DNA of 64,000 nt from Chloroflexota bacterium (GTDB lineage Bacteria > Chloroflexota > Dehalococcoidia > UBA2979): NCBI GenBank assembly GCA_947479915.1, contig CANKAU010000007.1, positions 16,190-80,189 on the forward strand, written 5' to 3'. The notes below the pieces were generated by a model. It was not told where the DNA came from and searched no databases. It saw only the letters and a program-made list of their open reading frames with translations. Position numbers and translations under genes: made by a program. Shown here in pieces: positions 27,865 through 38,231 of this stretch (positions are counted from its first letter, which is position 1; each line of letters begins with the position of its first letter).

Positions 27865-29319
27865 ATGCCGACGACCGCCAGCCCCGCCCTCATCGAGGCG
27901 CTCCAGCGCGCTGTCGGGTCGCAGCATGTCCTCCATGCGCCCGAGGACCTGATCGCCTACGAGTACGACGCGACGATCGACCGCGCGCGCCCGGACGCCG
28001 TGCTCTTCCCTGCCACCGCGGAGCAGGTTGCGGCCGTGGTCCGCGCGGCGAACCAGTACGACGTCCCGGTGATCCCTCGCGGCTCCGGCACCGGGCTGTC
28101 CGGTGGCACGGTGCCCGTGAAGGGCGGCGTGGTGGTCGCGCTGACGCGCATGAACCGCATCGTCGAGGTGGACGCAGTGAACCGCGTCGCCGTCGTGGAG
28201 CCGGGCGTCGTCAACCTGCAGCTGCAGGAGGCGCTCGCCCCGCTGCGGCTGGCATGGGCGCCCGACCCCTCCTCGCAGCGCATCTGCACCGTCGGCGGCA
28301 ACATCGCCAACAACTCAGGCGGCCCGCACACTCTCGCGCACGGCTCCACGGTGAACCACGTGCTCGGCCTCGAGGTCGTCGTCTCCGACGGACGCGTGAT
28401 CAACCTCGGTGGGCGCGTCCTGGACGCGCCGGGCATCGACCTGCGCGGGCTGTTCGTCGGGTCGGAGGGCACGCTCGGGATCGTGACGCAGGCGACGATT
28501 CGGCTCGTCCCCGCTGCACCCGACGTGCGCACCATGCTCGCGATCTTCGATAGCGTCGACGAGGCGTCCGCGGCCGTCTCCGCGATCATTCGCAACGGCG
28601 TGATCCCGGTGGCGCTGGAAATGCTCGACCAGGAGATCATCAAGCTCGTCGAACCGCGCATCCACGCCGGCTACCCGTTGGACGCCGGCGCCGTGCTGCT
28701 CATCGAGGTCGAAGGCCTCTCCGAGGGCGTCGCCGTCGAGGCGGACGCAGTCATCGAGGCCTGTCGGGCATGCGGCGCGCGCGAAGTTCGCTCGGCGGAC
28801 ACGCAGCCCGCGCGCGACAAGCTCTGGGAGGGCCGCAAGGTCGGCATCGGCGCGATCGGCGCGGCCGCGCCGGCCTTCTATCTCCTCGACGGCGTCGTGC
28901 CGCGCACGAAGCTGCCACAGGTCATGCGCCGCGTACTCGAGCTATCCGCGCAGTACGGCTTCAAGTGCGCCAACATCTTCCACGCCGGCGACGGCAACCT
29001 GCACCCGAACATCATGTTCGACCCGCAGGAGGAAGGCGCCACGCAGCGCGTCCTCGATCTCGGCGGCGAGATCATGCGGCTGTGCGTGGACGTCGGCGGG
29101 TCGATCACGGGCGAGCACGGGATCGGGCTTGAGAAGCGCTCCTACATGGAGTGGGTGTTCTCCCCGCCCGACCTCGCGGCGATGGAGCGCGTGCGCCTCG
29201 CCTTCGGCAGCGCCGACCGATTCAACCCCTGCAAGATCCTCCCCGGCGGCCACGGCTGTGCCACCGGCCACGCGGACGAGCTGGCCCGACACATCGCCAA
29301 GCCCGGGGTGTACATCTAG
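27865..29319 (+). CDS. glcD: Glycolate oxidase subunit GlcD (FAD-linked oxidase)
   Basis: FAD-binding PCMH domain (RGSGTGLSGG) plus the C-terminal FAD-oxidase domain. Start chosen at MPTTASP. Confidence 0.9.
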   Translation: MPTTASPALIEALQRAVGSQHVLHAPEDLIAYEYDATIDRARPDAVLFPATAEQVAAVVRAANQYDVPVIPRGSGTGLSGGTVPVKGGVVVALTRMNRIVEVDAVNRVAVVEPGVVNLQLQEALAPLRLAWAPDPSSQRICTVGGNIANNSGGPHTLAHGSTVNHVLGLEVVVSDGRVINLGGRVLDAPGIDLRGLFVGSEGTLGIVTQATIRLVPAAPDVRTMLAIFDSVDEASAAVSAIIRNGVIPVALEMLDQEIIKLVEPRIHAGYPLDAGAVLLIEVEGLSEGVAVEADAVIEACRACGAREVRSADTQPARDKLWEGRKVGIGAIGAAAPAFYLLDGVVPRTKLPQVMRRVLELSAQYGFKCANIFHAGDGNLHPNIMFDPQEEGATQRVLDLGGEIMRLCVDVGGSITGEHGIGLEKRSYMEWVFSPPDLAAMERVRLAFGSADRFNPCKILPGGHGCATGHADELARHIAKPGVYI

Positions 29320-29329
29320 TGAGCGCACG

Positions 29330-30568
29330 ATGACCTCCCCCACCCGCCTGGAGTCGCTCCGCCACGCCGTTCCGTCCGACGTCGAACGCTCGCCGAGCGG
29401 CTTCGGCATCGACGCTGTCGAGCCCGCGCTCGCCTTCAGCCCGGACGACCGCAACGAGGTCGCCGCGCTGCTCCGCGCCGCCGACGAGGCGGGCGTGGTG
29501 GTCGTGCCGCAGGGTGGACGCACGGCGCTGAGCCTCGGCCGGCCGCTGCAGCGCTACGACGTGGCGCTGGAGACGCGCGGGCTGCAGCGCATCGTGGAGT
29601 ACGTGCCCGACGACCTGACGCTCACTGTGGAGGCCGGCATCCACCTGGAGGCGCTGCAGCAGACGCTGCGCGAGCACGGCCAGTACCTGCCCATCGACCC
29701 ACCGCCCGATGACCACGTGTCCATCGGCGGCCTGCTGGCGACGGCGCGCTCTGGTGCGTGGCGCGGGCACCTCCCAGCCGCGCGCGACCTGCTCCTCGGC
29801 GCGGTGGTCGCCTCGCCCACCGGGCAGCTGGAGTCCTCCGGTGGGCGCGTGGTGAAGAACGTCACCGGCTACGACATGCACCGCATGCACACGGGCGCGC
29901 TCGGCGCGTTCGGCGTCATCGTCGAGGCGTCGTTCAAGGTGGCGCCGCTGCCGCCCGTCACCCGCACCCTCGCCGCGCGCGCGGACACGATCGCCGAGGC
30001 GGGCGCGCTCGCGATGCGCCTCTGGAACGCGAGTCTGGCGGCGCGCGCGATCAGCATCCTCGCCCCCGAGACCGCGGAGCGGATCGGCCTCGAAGCGAGC
30101 CCGACCGTCCTCATCGAACTCGCGGGCCTCGAGGTCTCCGTCGATCGCTCCACGCAGATCATCCGCGAGGCGAACCCGCGCGCGGACGAGCCTGCCGGCA
30201 CACCATGGGAGCGCCTGCGCCGTCTGCATGGCGACCGCGTCGCTGCGGTCGTGCGCTTCGGGGTGCCCTCCTCGGACGTCATCGGCGCGATCGAGGCCGC
30301 CCGGGGTGCCGGGTGCATCGCGTGGGGACACATCGCCTCAGGCGCGGTGATCGGCCATGCGCCGAGCCTCGACGCTGCTTCAGTGCAGCGGCTGCGCGCG
30401 CACGCGACGGAGCGCGGGGGCTTCCTGCAGCTCGAGTCCGGGTCGAGGGGGCTCCGCGCGGCGGTCGACCCGTTCGGGCCGGGCGAGGTCGACCTCGTAC
30501 GTTCGCTCAAGGCGCGCTTCGACGCGCGCGGTACCCTGAATCGTGGACGATGGATGGAGGGCGTGTGA
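29330..30568 (+). CDS. glcE: Glycolate oxidase FAD-binding subunit GlcE
   Basis: FAD_binding_4 family. Immediately follows glcD and precedes glcF. Confidence 0.85.
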   Translation: MTSPTRLESLRHAVPSDVERSPSGFGIDAVEPALAFSPDDRNEVAALLRAADEAGVVVVPQGGRTALSLGRPLQRYDVALETRGLQRIVEYVPDDLTLTVEAGIHLEALQQTLREHGQYLPIDPPPDDHVSIGGLLATARSGAWRGHLPAARDLLLGAVVASPTGQLESSGGRVVKNVTGYDMHRMHTGALGAFGVIVEASFKVAPLPPVTRTLAARADTIAEAGALAMRLWNASLAARAISILAPETAERIGLEASPTVLIELAGLEVSVDRSTQIIREANPRADEPAGTPWERLRRLHGDRVAAVVRFGVPSSDVIGAIEAARGAGCIAWGHIASGAVIGHAPSLDAASVQRLRAHATERGGFLQLESGSRGLRAAVDPFGPGEVDLVRSLKARFDARGTLNRGRWMEGV

Positions 30569-31911
30569 CGCCCAGCGCACCCGGCACCCCGACGCACGAG
30601 CACACCAGCCTGTCGCAGGGCCTGCACTTCGTGGGCCCGGACGTGCCGTCCGTCGCCGACCTGCAGAACTGCATCCACTGCGGTTTCTGCCTTCCCACCT
30701 GCCCAACCTACGTCGCCACCGGGCAGGAGCTCGAGTCGCCCCGCGGCCGCCTGCACCTGATCTCCGCTGTGCACGACGGGCGCATCGAGGCGACCGACCG
30801 CACGCTGGCGCACTTCGACCGCTGCCTCCAGTGCCGCGCGTGCGAGACGGCGTGCCCCTCCGGCGTGCCCTACGGCCGGATCATGGAGGATGCGCGCGCC
30901 TCGATCATGGCGAACGCGCCCACGGCGCAGCCCGTCTCGTGGCGACTGCGCGCGCTCGCGCTGCGGTACGTCGTCGCGCGGCGTCCCGTGCTGCGCTTCG
31001 TGCTGGACCTCGGACGGCTGTACTCGCGATCGGGGCTGCAGCGCATCGCGCGCGGTCCGCTGCGCCGGCTGCTCCCCGCGAAGATCGCGCGCATGGAGTC
31101 CTCGATCCCCGTGCTCACCGAGACGCCCTTCCGCGAGACCGGCACGCTCGCCAGCCCGCGGGAGGTGACCGCGCGCGTCGCGCTACTCCTCGGCTGCATG
31201 CACGGCGAGATGTACCCCCGCATGCACGAGGCGACCGTGCGCGTGCTCGCGCACGCGGGCTGCGAGGTCGTCGCGCCGCCGGAGCAGGTGTGCTGCGGCG
31301 CGCTGCACTCGCACGCCGGTGACGCAGAGACCGCCCGCGCCCTCGCCCGCCGCAACATCGCGGCGTTCGAGGCTGCCGGAGTGGACGCGGTGATCGTGAA
31401 CGCCGCCGGCTGCGGCGCCGCGATGAAGGAGTACGACCGCCTGCTGCGCAATGACCCGCACTGGGGCCCGCGTGCGCAGCGCTTCTCGCACTCGGTGAAG
31501 GACGTGCTGGAGTACGTCGCGGAGCGCGACTTCGCGCACGACCTCGGCACCGTCGATGAGACCGTGACGCTGCAGGAGGCGTGCCACCTGGCCCACGCGC
31601 AGAAGATCCGCGAGGCGCCCCGCCGCATCCTGCGCGCGATCCCCGGCCTGCGCATCGAGGAGCTCAAGACGCCGGACCGCTGCTGCGGCTCGGCGGGCAT
31701 CTACTCGTTCGTGCAGCCCGACCTGTCCGCGGCGATCCTCGACGCGAAGATGGAGGACGTCATGCGCACGGGCGCCGACGTCATCTGCACCGCGAACCCC
31801 GGCTGCACGCTGCAGTTGCAGGCGGGCGTCGTACGCACCGGCATGCACGCCGAGGTGCGCCATGTGATCGAGGTCCTGGATCAGGCTGTGCGCGCCGGCG
31901 CCGCTCGCTAG
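30550..31911 (+). CDS. glcF: Glycolate oxidase iron-sulfur subunit GlcF
   Basis: Two 4Fe-4S motifs (CIHCGFCLPTCP, CLQCRACETACP) and CCG domains. The start overlaps the glcE end. The N-terminal 264 aa of the listed ORF are an artefact. Confidence 0.85.
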   Translation: MDGGRVTPSAPGTPTHEHTSLSQGLHFVGPDVPSVADLQNCIHCGFCLPTCPTYVATGQELESPRGRLHLISAVHDGRIEATDRTLAHFDRCLQCRACETACPSGVPYGRIMEDARASIMANAPTAQPVSWRLRALALRYVVARRPVLRFVLDLGRLYSRSGLQRIARGPLRRLLPAKIARMESSIPVLTETPFRETGTLASPREVTARVALLLGCMHGEMYPRMHEATVRVLAHAGCEVVAPPEQVCCGALHSHAGDAETARALARRNIAAFEAAGVDAVIVNAAGCGAAMKEYDRLLRNDPHWGPRAQRFSHSVKDVLEYVAERDFAHDLGTVDETVTLQEACHLAHAQKIREAPRRILRAIPGLRIEELKTPDRCCGSAGIYSFVQPDLSAAILDAKMEDVMRTGADVICTANPGCTLQLQAGVVRTGMHAEVRHVIEVLDQAVRAGAAR

Positions 31912-31927
31912 CCTCGAGCCTCGTGCG

Positions 31928-33568
31928 CTAGGCGCGCTGCGGTGCGCTCCAGATGCCGGACAGCACACCGGTGTTCAGGTCGTAGGCGTTGAATTCGTAG
32001 CCGGAGATGCCCGCGGCGATCGTCGCGTACTCCGGCATCGAGGCGATCGGGAGCATCGCGGGGCCGTCGTCCAGCAGCAGCTTCTGTGCCGCGCGGGACT
32101 TCTGTGCGCGCTCCTTCGGGTCGAAGGCGGAGAGCACTCCCCGCACCGCGACGTCGTACATCGGGTTCGAGTAGCCCCACAGCGAGAACTTCCCCGCAAT
32201 GCCCTCGGTCGTGTGCAGTCGCAGCCCGATATCGGGCGTGTCGATCGCGCCGAGGTCGAACAGCGTCGCCTCGAAGTCCCCGGCCATGAAGCTCTTCTGC
32301 CAGCCCTCGAACGGCACGGTCTGCAGGCGCGGCGCGAAGCCGGTGGACTGCAGGTTCTCGGCGACCAGTTGCGACCACTGGAGCATCAGCGGCAGGTCCG
32401 GCACGGACAGGCGGAACGTCAGCCCCTCGACGCCCGCGGCGACCAGCAGCTGCCGCGCCTCGTGCGCATCCCGGCGGTACAGCGGATGTCCGAGCAGCTC
32501 CTGCTCCGGGATCGCGTCCCCGGCATGCGCCGGGCCGACCGGCCCCGAGGTGTACGAGCGGTCGAGCGCCAGCAGAGGCTCGCGCTCCAGCGACATGCCG
32601 ATCGCCCGGCGCACGCGCGCGTCCTGGAACGCTGCGACGTAGCGCACCGATGCGCCGTTCTTCGATGGCAGCAGCGAGAGGCCGAGGCCGCGCAGGCGGC
32701 GCGCCGGACGCTGCTGCGTCGAGGTCCCCTGAGGCAGTCCGCTCGCCGGGCGCGTGCCCGCGGCAAGGGTGCGCACATCGATCTCACCGCGGGCAAACGC
32801 GGCATCCAGCTCGCTCGCGACGTTCGCGCCGGTGACCTCAATCGCCCCCAGGAGCGGCTTTGCGTCACCGGTGAGCGTGGGGTTCGTGGCGTAGCGCATG
32901 CCGGTATCGCCGCGCTTCTTCGGCACCCACATGCCGCTGCCCACGCGCTCGGTCGTGCCTGCGTAGTTGCCCTCGCCACGCACCGAGGCGCCCGGCGCGC
33001 CGAGCAGCTCGAAGAGCAGCCCGAACGGCGCCTTCAGGTGCAGCACCAGCGTCCGGCTGTCCGGCCGGTCGATGCGGTCGACCACTTCGGTGAACAGCGT
33101 GTGGCCCTCGGAGGCGCGGCGCTGGAAGTCGGTGCGCACGGTGTCGGCGCTCAGCGGCTGCTCGGTGCCATTGCCATCCGGGTGGAAGCGTTGGCTCTCG
33201 CGCAGCGTGAACCGCACCAGCTGCGGCTCGGGCTGCTCCACCGCGCGCGCGATCTCCTGGTGCACCGCCGGACCTCGAGGATCGACGGCGACGAGGCGCG
33301 CGTAGGCGAGGAGCAGATCCTCGTTGTCGCTCAGGAGCCCCGTGCCGGCGTTGCGCACGCGCCCGAGGCGCAGCACACCCGCAGGCGGGCGCTTGCCGGT
33401 GCTCTTCGGCCGGTCATTCATCGCGATCCCGCCGGGGGCGGGCGTAGCGGCGGACGGCCCGGGCGCGCCCGCAGTGCAGGCAACGAACAGCCCCGCAGCG
33501 GCTGCACCCATGCCGAGGGCGAGCGCACGACGGCGTCCGATGCGACGGCTGAACGGGCGTGGTGTCAT
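31928..33568 (-). CDS. ABC transporter substrate-binding protein (family 5, peptide/nickel type) with Tat/lipoprotein signal
   Basis: SRRIGRRRALALGMGAAAAGLFVAC signal peptide. SBP_bac_5 family. Confidence 0.85.
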   Translation of the reverse strand: MTPRPFSRRIGRRRALALGMGAAAAGLFVACTAGAPGPSAATPAPGGIAMNDRPKSTGKRPPAGVLRLGRVRNAGTGLLSDNEDLLLAYARLVAVDPRGPAVHQEIARAVEQPEPQLVRFTLRESQRFHPDGNGTEQPLSADTVRTDFQRRASEGHTLFTEVVDRIDRPDSRTLVLHLKAPFGLLFELLGAPGASVRGEGNYAGTTERVGSGMWVPKKRGDTGMRYATNPTLTGDAKPLLGAIEVTGANVASELDAAFARGEIDVRTLAAGTRPASGLPQGTSTQQRPARRLRGLGLSLLPSKNGASVRYVAAFQDARVRRAIGMSLEREPLLALDRSYTSGPVGPAHAGDAIPEQELLGHPLYRRDAHEARQLLVAAGVEGLTFRLSVPDLPLMLQWSQLVAENLQSTGFAPRLQTVPFEGWQKSFMAGDFEATLFDLGAIDTPDIGLRLHTTEGIAGKFSLWGYSNPMYDVAVRGVLSAFDPKERAQKSRAAQKLLLDDGPAMLPIASMPEYATIAAGISGYEFNAYDLNTGVLSGIWSAPQRA

Positions 33569-34454
33569 GCGTGCGGCGTCTGCGCCAACGGGTGCGCTGC
33601 CTTGGCCTTCCGGGGTGACCCTGATCGCGGCTGCGTGGGCGACTCGCTCGGCGCCGTCGCCGGAGCGGAGCGGGGTGGAGGCCCTGCGACGATCCTACGA
33701 GGCAGCAGCCCCGCGTCGCAAACCACCGGCCGGCAGCGGCAAGTGGATTCGCGCCCGCGCCTCGGCGGGGGCTACGATCCCCGGCATGTGGGAAGCACCG
33801 GGCCGCGATCGAGGATCCTCCGAGCCGCCGGGCGATGCGCCCACGGGTGGTGACGCCCTCGGCGGGGCTCCTGACTCCAGCCGCCCGGCGAACCCGTGGC
33901 CGCGGCTGCTCGCGTTCGCCGCCGTGGTGGGCATCGTCGTCGTGCTGACGGGGACGTGCCTCGTGTCCTACGCGCGGCCGCCAGAGCGCGAGCTGCGCGC
34001 CTCGTTCGCGGAGTTCAGCATCGCGGTGCCGAAGTTCCTGCCTGTCACCACCTTCGGCGCGGACGCCGGGGGACGCACCTTCGGCGCGTGGGTGACCGTG
34101 AACGCCGACGGCCGCGTCTTCGCCGTGCTGTCGAGGTCGCCCGAGACCGGGTGCCACGTCCGCTGGGACGGCGGCGCCCCCGGAGCAGCGCTCCCCGACG
34201 GACAGTTCATCGACCCCTGCGGCCCCGCGCGCTACGGCGCGAACGGCGCGGCGCTGAACAACACTGCTCCCCGCGACCTGCACACCTTCCCCGGCCGCGT
34301 CGAGGGCCGTCGCGACGTCATCGTGCCGATCGCCACGCTCATCCTCGGCGCGTGCCGCACAGACGGCGCCACGGGCTGCTCGAAGACCACCGGTGCAGAG
34401 ACGCGCGCGCTCCCACAAACAGGACTGCCGCCCGAGGTCGGGCGGCAGCCGTAG
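33567..34454 (+). CDS. Hypothetical membrane-anchored protein (one TM). Start uncertain; alternative ATG at 33786
   Basis: High GC3 from 33567. TM segment WPRLLAFAAVVGIVVVLTG. The C-terminal domain has conserved Cys/His but no clean Rieske motif. Confidence 0.45.
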   Translation: MRAASAPTGALPWPSGVTLIAAAWATRSAPSPERSGVEALRRSYEAAAPRRKPPAGSGKWIRARASAGATIPGMWEAPGRDRGSSEPPGDAPTGGDALGGAPDSSRPANPWPRLLAFAAVVGIVVVLTGTCLVSYARPPERELRASFAEFSIAVPKFLPVTTFGADAGGRTFGAWVTVNADGRVFAVLSRSPETGCHVRWDGGAPGAALPDGQFIDPCGPARYGANGAALNNTAPRDLHTFPGRVEGRRDVIVPIATLILGACRTDGATGCSKTTGAETRALPQTGLPPEVGRQP

Positions 34455-34478
34455 TTCTACGCGATCGGGTCGGTCTCG

Positions 34479-34868
34479 CTACCAGATGCCGAGCGCGAGC
34501 TTGACGTCCTCGGACGCCATGGTGCGCGGATCCCAGGGGGGCTGCCAGACGAGGTTCACCTCGACGTCGAGGACGTTCGGGAGCTGCGCCACCTTGTGGT
34601 AGATCATGCCCTGCAGCATCGGCCCCACCGGGCACGCCGGAGAAGTGAGCGTCAGGTCGACCTGCACCAGGCCGTCGTCCTCGATGTTCACGCCGTAGAG
34701 CAGACCGAGATCGACGATGCTCATGCGGAGTTCGGGGTCCTCGACGGTCTGGAGCACCGCGCGCACCTCGTCCTCGGTCGGCGGGCCGTCGTGTGCGGGG
34801 ATTTCCACGGGCGCGGCTTCAGCGTGCTCGTGGTGGTGCTGGTGGTCGTGGACGTGCGCCTCGGTCAT
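34479..34868 (-). CDS. sufT: Fe-S cluster assembly protein SufT (DUF59/MIP18 family)
   Basis: DUF59 motif VEDPELRMSIVDLGLLYGV...TSPACP, with a His-rich N-terminus. Confidence 0.8.
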   Translation of the reverse strand: MTEAHVHDHQHHHEHAEAAPVEIPAHDGPPTEDEVRAVLQTVEDPELRMSIVDLGLLYGVNIEDDGLVQVDLTLTSPACPVGPMLQGMIYHKVAQLPNVLDVEVNLVWQPPWDPRTMASEDVKLALGIW

Positions 34869-34870
34869 GG

Positions 34871-35338
34871 CTAGGCGCTCCTTTCATCGGTCGTGACAGC
34901 GCCGCCTTCACCAACGAGCGCCTGTTCGAGCGTCTTCCATGAGAGCGAGGCGCACTTCACGCGCGCCGGGAACTTCGCGACGCCGATCAGCGCCTCGATG
35001 TCATCGAACCCGTCGATGCCGGGGGACTCCGCAGTGACCATCATCTGCTGGAACGCATCGATGCCGCCGCGTGCCTCCGTGACCGTGCGGCCCTTCACGT
35101 ACTCGGTCATCATGCTGGCCGAGGCCTGCGAGATGGAGCAGCCGCGCCCGGAGAACGAGATGTCGACGATGTGGTCGTCCGCGACGGACACGTCGATGCG
35201 CACCTGATCGCCGCAGAGCGGGTTCGAGCCGTCCGCGCTGCACGTCGGCGCGTCGATGCCGCCGTGGTTGCGCGGCTGGCGGTAGTGGTCGAGGAGGATC
35301 TCGCGGTAGAGATCGTCCAGCAGCGAGCCAGTGGTCAT
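34871..35338 (-). CDS. sufU: SufU (NifU/IscU-like sulfur acceptor)
   Basis: NPLCGD...GRGCSIS motifs. Confidence 0.85.
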   Translation of the reverse strand: MTTGSLLDDLYREILLDHYRQPRNHGGIDAPTCSADGSNPLCGDQVRIDVSVADDHIVDISFSGRGCSISQASASMMTEYVKGRTVTEARGGIDAFQQMMVTAESPGIDGFDDIEALIGVAKFPARVKCASLSWKTLEQALVGEGGAVTTDERSA

Positions 35339-36609
35339 GAGCCGACTCCGAAGAACGCCGACGTCGCCTCGAGCGCCGACGCCAGCGCGTCCACCTCGGC
35401 GGTCGTGTTGTAGATGTAGAACGAGGCACGCGCGGTGGCAGGCACATCGAGCGCCGCCATTACCGGCTGCGCGCAGTGGTGTCCCGTGCGGATCGCGACG
35501 CCACGCGTGTCGAGGAGCTGACCCACGTCGTGCGGGTGGACGCCCTCCAGCTCGAAGGAGACGACGCCACCGCGCTGCAGCGCGTCCATCGGCCCGAAGA
35601 TCGAGACGCCGGGCACGTCGGCCAGCCGTCGCAGCGCGTAGTCCGTGATCTCGATCTCGTGGCGGCGCACCTCGTCCATGCCGAGCGCCGACAGGTAGTC
35701 GACGGCAGCACCGAGGCCGATCGCGTCGGCGATGTTGGGCGTGCCCGCCTCGAACTTCGCGGGGACGTCGGCCCAGGTGGAATGCTCCATGGTCACGCTA
35801 AGGATCATGTCGCCGCCGCCCATGAACGGATCCATGGAATCCAGCAGCGGCAGCCGGCCCCACAGCACGCCGATGCCGGTCGGCCCGAGCATCTTGTGCC
35901 CCGAGAACGCGAGGAAGTCGACGCCCAGCGCCTGCACGTCGACGGCCATGTGCGGCACCGACTGCGCACCGTCGATGAGCACGAGCGCACCCTGAGCCTT
36001 CGCCAGCGGGATGATTTCCTGCAGCGGGACGATCGTGCCCAGCGCGTTCGACATCGCCGTGATCGACAGCAGCTTCGTCTTCGGGCCGATGATCTGGCGG
36101 GCGACCTCGAGGTCCAGCGTCCCGTCCGGCAGCATCGGGATGTACTTCACCACGATGCCCCGCTCGTCGCGCAGCATCTGCCACGGGACGATGTTGGAGT
36201 GGTGCTCGATCTCGGAGACGACCACCTCGTCGCCGGCCTGCAGGAATTTCCGTGCCCAGCCGTGCGCCACGAGGTTGATCGACTCGGTGGTGTTGCGCGT
36301 GAAGATGACCTCGCGCGCATCGGATGCGCCGATGAACGCCGCGATCTTCACGCGGGCGCCCTCGTACAGCTCGGTCGCCTCCACGGACAGCGTGTGGACG
36401 CCGCGGTGGATGTTCGCGTTGTGGTCGCGGTAGAAGCGCGTCAGTTCCGCGATCACCTGCACCGGCTTCTGGCTGGTGGCGGCGTTGTCGAGGTAGACGA
36501 GCCCGACACCCGGCGCGACCTCGCGCTTGAGGATCGGGAAGTCGCGGCGGATACGCGTGATGTCGAAGGGCAGGCGCGCGCCCGGCTGGGAGTGTGCGGT
36601 AAGCGTCAC
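35335..36609 (-). CDS. sufS: Cysteine desulfurase SufS
   Basis: Class-V aminotransferase with the active-site lysine region (SGHKMLGPTG) and RTGHHCA. GTG start at 36607-36609 overlaps the Rieske gene by 4 nt. Confidence 0.9.
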   Translation of the reverse strand: MTLTAHSQPGARLPFDITRIRRDFPILKREVAPGVGLVYLDNAATSQKPVQVIAELTRFYRDHNANIHRGVHTLSVEATELYEGARVKIAAFIGASDAREVIFTRNTTESINLVAHGWARKFLQAGDEVVVSEIEHHSNIVPWQMLRDERGIVVKYIPMLPDGTLDLEVARQIIGPKTKLLSITAMSNALGTIVPLQEIIPLAKAQGALVLIDGAQSVPHMAVDVQALGVDFLAFSGHKMLGPTGIGVLWGRLPLLDSMDPFMGGGDMILSVTMEHSTWADVPAKFEAGTPNIADAIGLGAAVDYLSALGMDEVRRHEIEITDYALRRLADVPGVSIFGPMDALQRGGVVSFELEGVHPHDVGQLLDTRGVAIRTGHHCAQPVMAALDVPATARASFYIYNTTAEVDALASALEATSAFFGVGS

Positions 36610-36923
36610 TGTGCCGCCTCGCAATCGATGATCAGGTCGTCGCCCTCGCGGGTGACGGCGTAGGCCTGCACGCTCTTCACGGCGGGGAGCGAGATCACTC
36701 GCCCCGTCTTCGCATCGAACTGCGCGCCGTGTCGAGGACACAGGATCCGCCCGTTGCGGATGCGCCCCTCGCCCAGCGGGCCGCCGTCGTGCGTGCAGAC
36801 GTTGTCGATGGCGTAGTACTCGCCGTCGACGTTGCTGAGGGCGAGCGAGCGACCGGCGCACTCCACCACGCGCACCTCGTTCAGGGGCACGTCGGAAGCC
36901 GCCGCTACGCGCTCGTCACTCAT
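36606..36923 (-). CDS. Rieske [2Fe-2S] ferredoxin embedded in the suf operon
   Basis: CTHDGGPL ... CPRHGAQF Rieske motifs. Confidence 0.8.
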   Translation of the reverse strand: MSDERVAAASDVPLNEVRVVECAGRSLALSNVDGEYYAIDNVCTHDGGPLGEGRIRNGRILCPRHGAQFDAKTGRVISLPAVKSVQAYAVTREGDDLIIDCEAAQ

Positions 36924-36998
36924 CGTGGCTCCTCACTCGAGGCCCGAAGGTCCGGATCGGGGCGGGCCGAGTCTTCCCGGCACCAGCCCCGAAATGAA

Positions 36999-38231
36999 TT
37001 ACAGATCGGCGTTGACGATCTTCTGCTGGACGCGCTCCAACATGTCCTCGGACAGCGCCGCGAACGCCTCGTCGTTGAGCACGCTGGCGAAGAAGCCGCC
37101 GACGAGGAGCTTCAGCGCGCCGCGGTAGTCGATGCCGCGGCTCTGCAGGTAAAAGAGCGCTTCCTGGTCGACGGGTCCCACGGTCGCGCCGTGGCCACAG
37201 CGGATCACGTCCGCTGTGAGGATCTCCAGCACTGGGTCGGAGTCCGCCTTCGCGCGGTCGGAGAGCAGCAGATTGCGGTTCTCCTGGTTCGCGGCGGATC
37301 CGCCTGCCGTGGTCTCCACGCGGGTGATGCCGTAGTACACCGAGCGCGAGGCGCCCGCGAGCGCGGCCTTGATCTCGACGTCGCTCGTGGACTTCGGGCC
37401 CATGTGGTCCTGCAGCGTGACGAAGTCGAAGTGCTGGTCTGCGTCGCCGAGCGCGATGCCACGGATCAGCGAGTTCGCCCCCTGGCCCTCGATCAGCGCC
37501 TCGATCTGCTGCTTCAGCAGGTGCCCGCCGAGCGCGAGCGACGCCACCTGCACGTCCGCGTTCCGCCCGATGCGCGAGCGCAGCGTGGTGAACTCGACCG
37601 TGCTGGCGCCCCAGTCGCCGTCGAACAGCACGCGGACGCGCGCGTCGTCGTTCGCAACGATCTCGACGACCGCCGCCACGAGCAGCGGCGCCTCCGTCGA
37701 GCGGTTCTTCACGATGACCGTGACCTCGCTGTTGGCTTCGGCCACCACGAGGATGCGCGGATAGATGGCCCCGGTCGTGCCGGCCACGTCCACCGTGACG
37801 GGCGCCTCGAAGGCCCCACCGCGGGGAGCGTGGACGAAGACGCCACCGGTCCACTGCGCCGCGTTCGCGGCCACGAACTTGCTCTCGGTGCCCTGCACCA
37901 CGGAGCCCAGCGCGCCCTCGACAGCGGTCGCCTGAGCGGCGTCCGTCAGCGCGGCCGCAATCGTGCCGGCGAACCCGCCGGACGGCGCGCTCCCCGTCAC
38001 ACGCGGCGCGAACGCCGCGTCGGGCGCGAACGCCTCGATCGTGTGGCCGCTGAGGTCCGTGTACTTCCACGGGCGCAGCGCGGGCGTCGGCATCGGGGTC
38101 GCGGCGAAGGCGCGTGCGCCCTCCTCGCGCGCCCGCACGAGCCACCCGGGCTCGCTGCGGGCGGCCGCGGCCGCGGACACCTGCGCTTCGGCGTACACGC
38201 CGAGGTCAGTGGTGATCTGCGTGTCCGCCAT
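36999..38231 (-). CDS. sufD: Fe-S cluster assembly protein SufD
   Basis: SufB/SufD family C-terminal beta-helix region. Confidence 0.9.
   Translation of the reverse strand: MADTQITTDLGVYAEAQVSAAAAARSEPGWLVRAREEGARAFAATPMPTPALRPWKYTDLSGHTIEAFAPDAAFAPRVTGSAPSGGFAGTIAAALTDAAQATAVEGALGSVVQGTESKFVAANAAQWTGGVFVHAPRGGAFEAPVTVDVAGTTGAIYPRILVVAEANSEVTVIVKNRSTEAPLLVAAVVEIVANDDARVRVLFDGDWGASTVEFTTLRSRIGRNADVQVASLALGGHLLKQQIEALIEGQGANSLIRGIALGDADQHFDFVTLQDHMGPKSTSDVEIKAALAGASRSVYYGITRVETTAGGSAANQENRNLLLSDRAKADSDPVLEILTADVIRCGHGATVGPVDQEALFYLQSRGIDYRGALKLLVGGFFASVLNDEAFAALSEDMLERVQQKIVNADL

Noticed and set aside
29758-31911. 717-aa ORF suggesting a very large GlcF
   Set aside because: The N-terminal 264 aa overlap glcE out of frame. 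GlcF homology begins at MDGGRVTP (30550).
33786-34454. Rieske-type annotation for the membrane-anchored protein C-terminal domain (GCHVRWDGG...DPCGPARYG)
   Set aside because: The second box lacks the CxxH histidine, so a canonical Rieske centre is not supported. Left as hypothetical.
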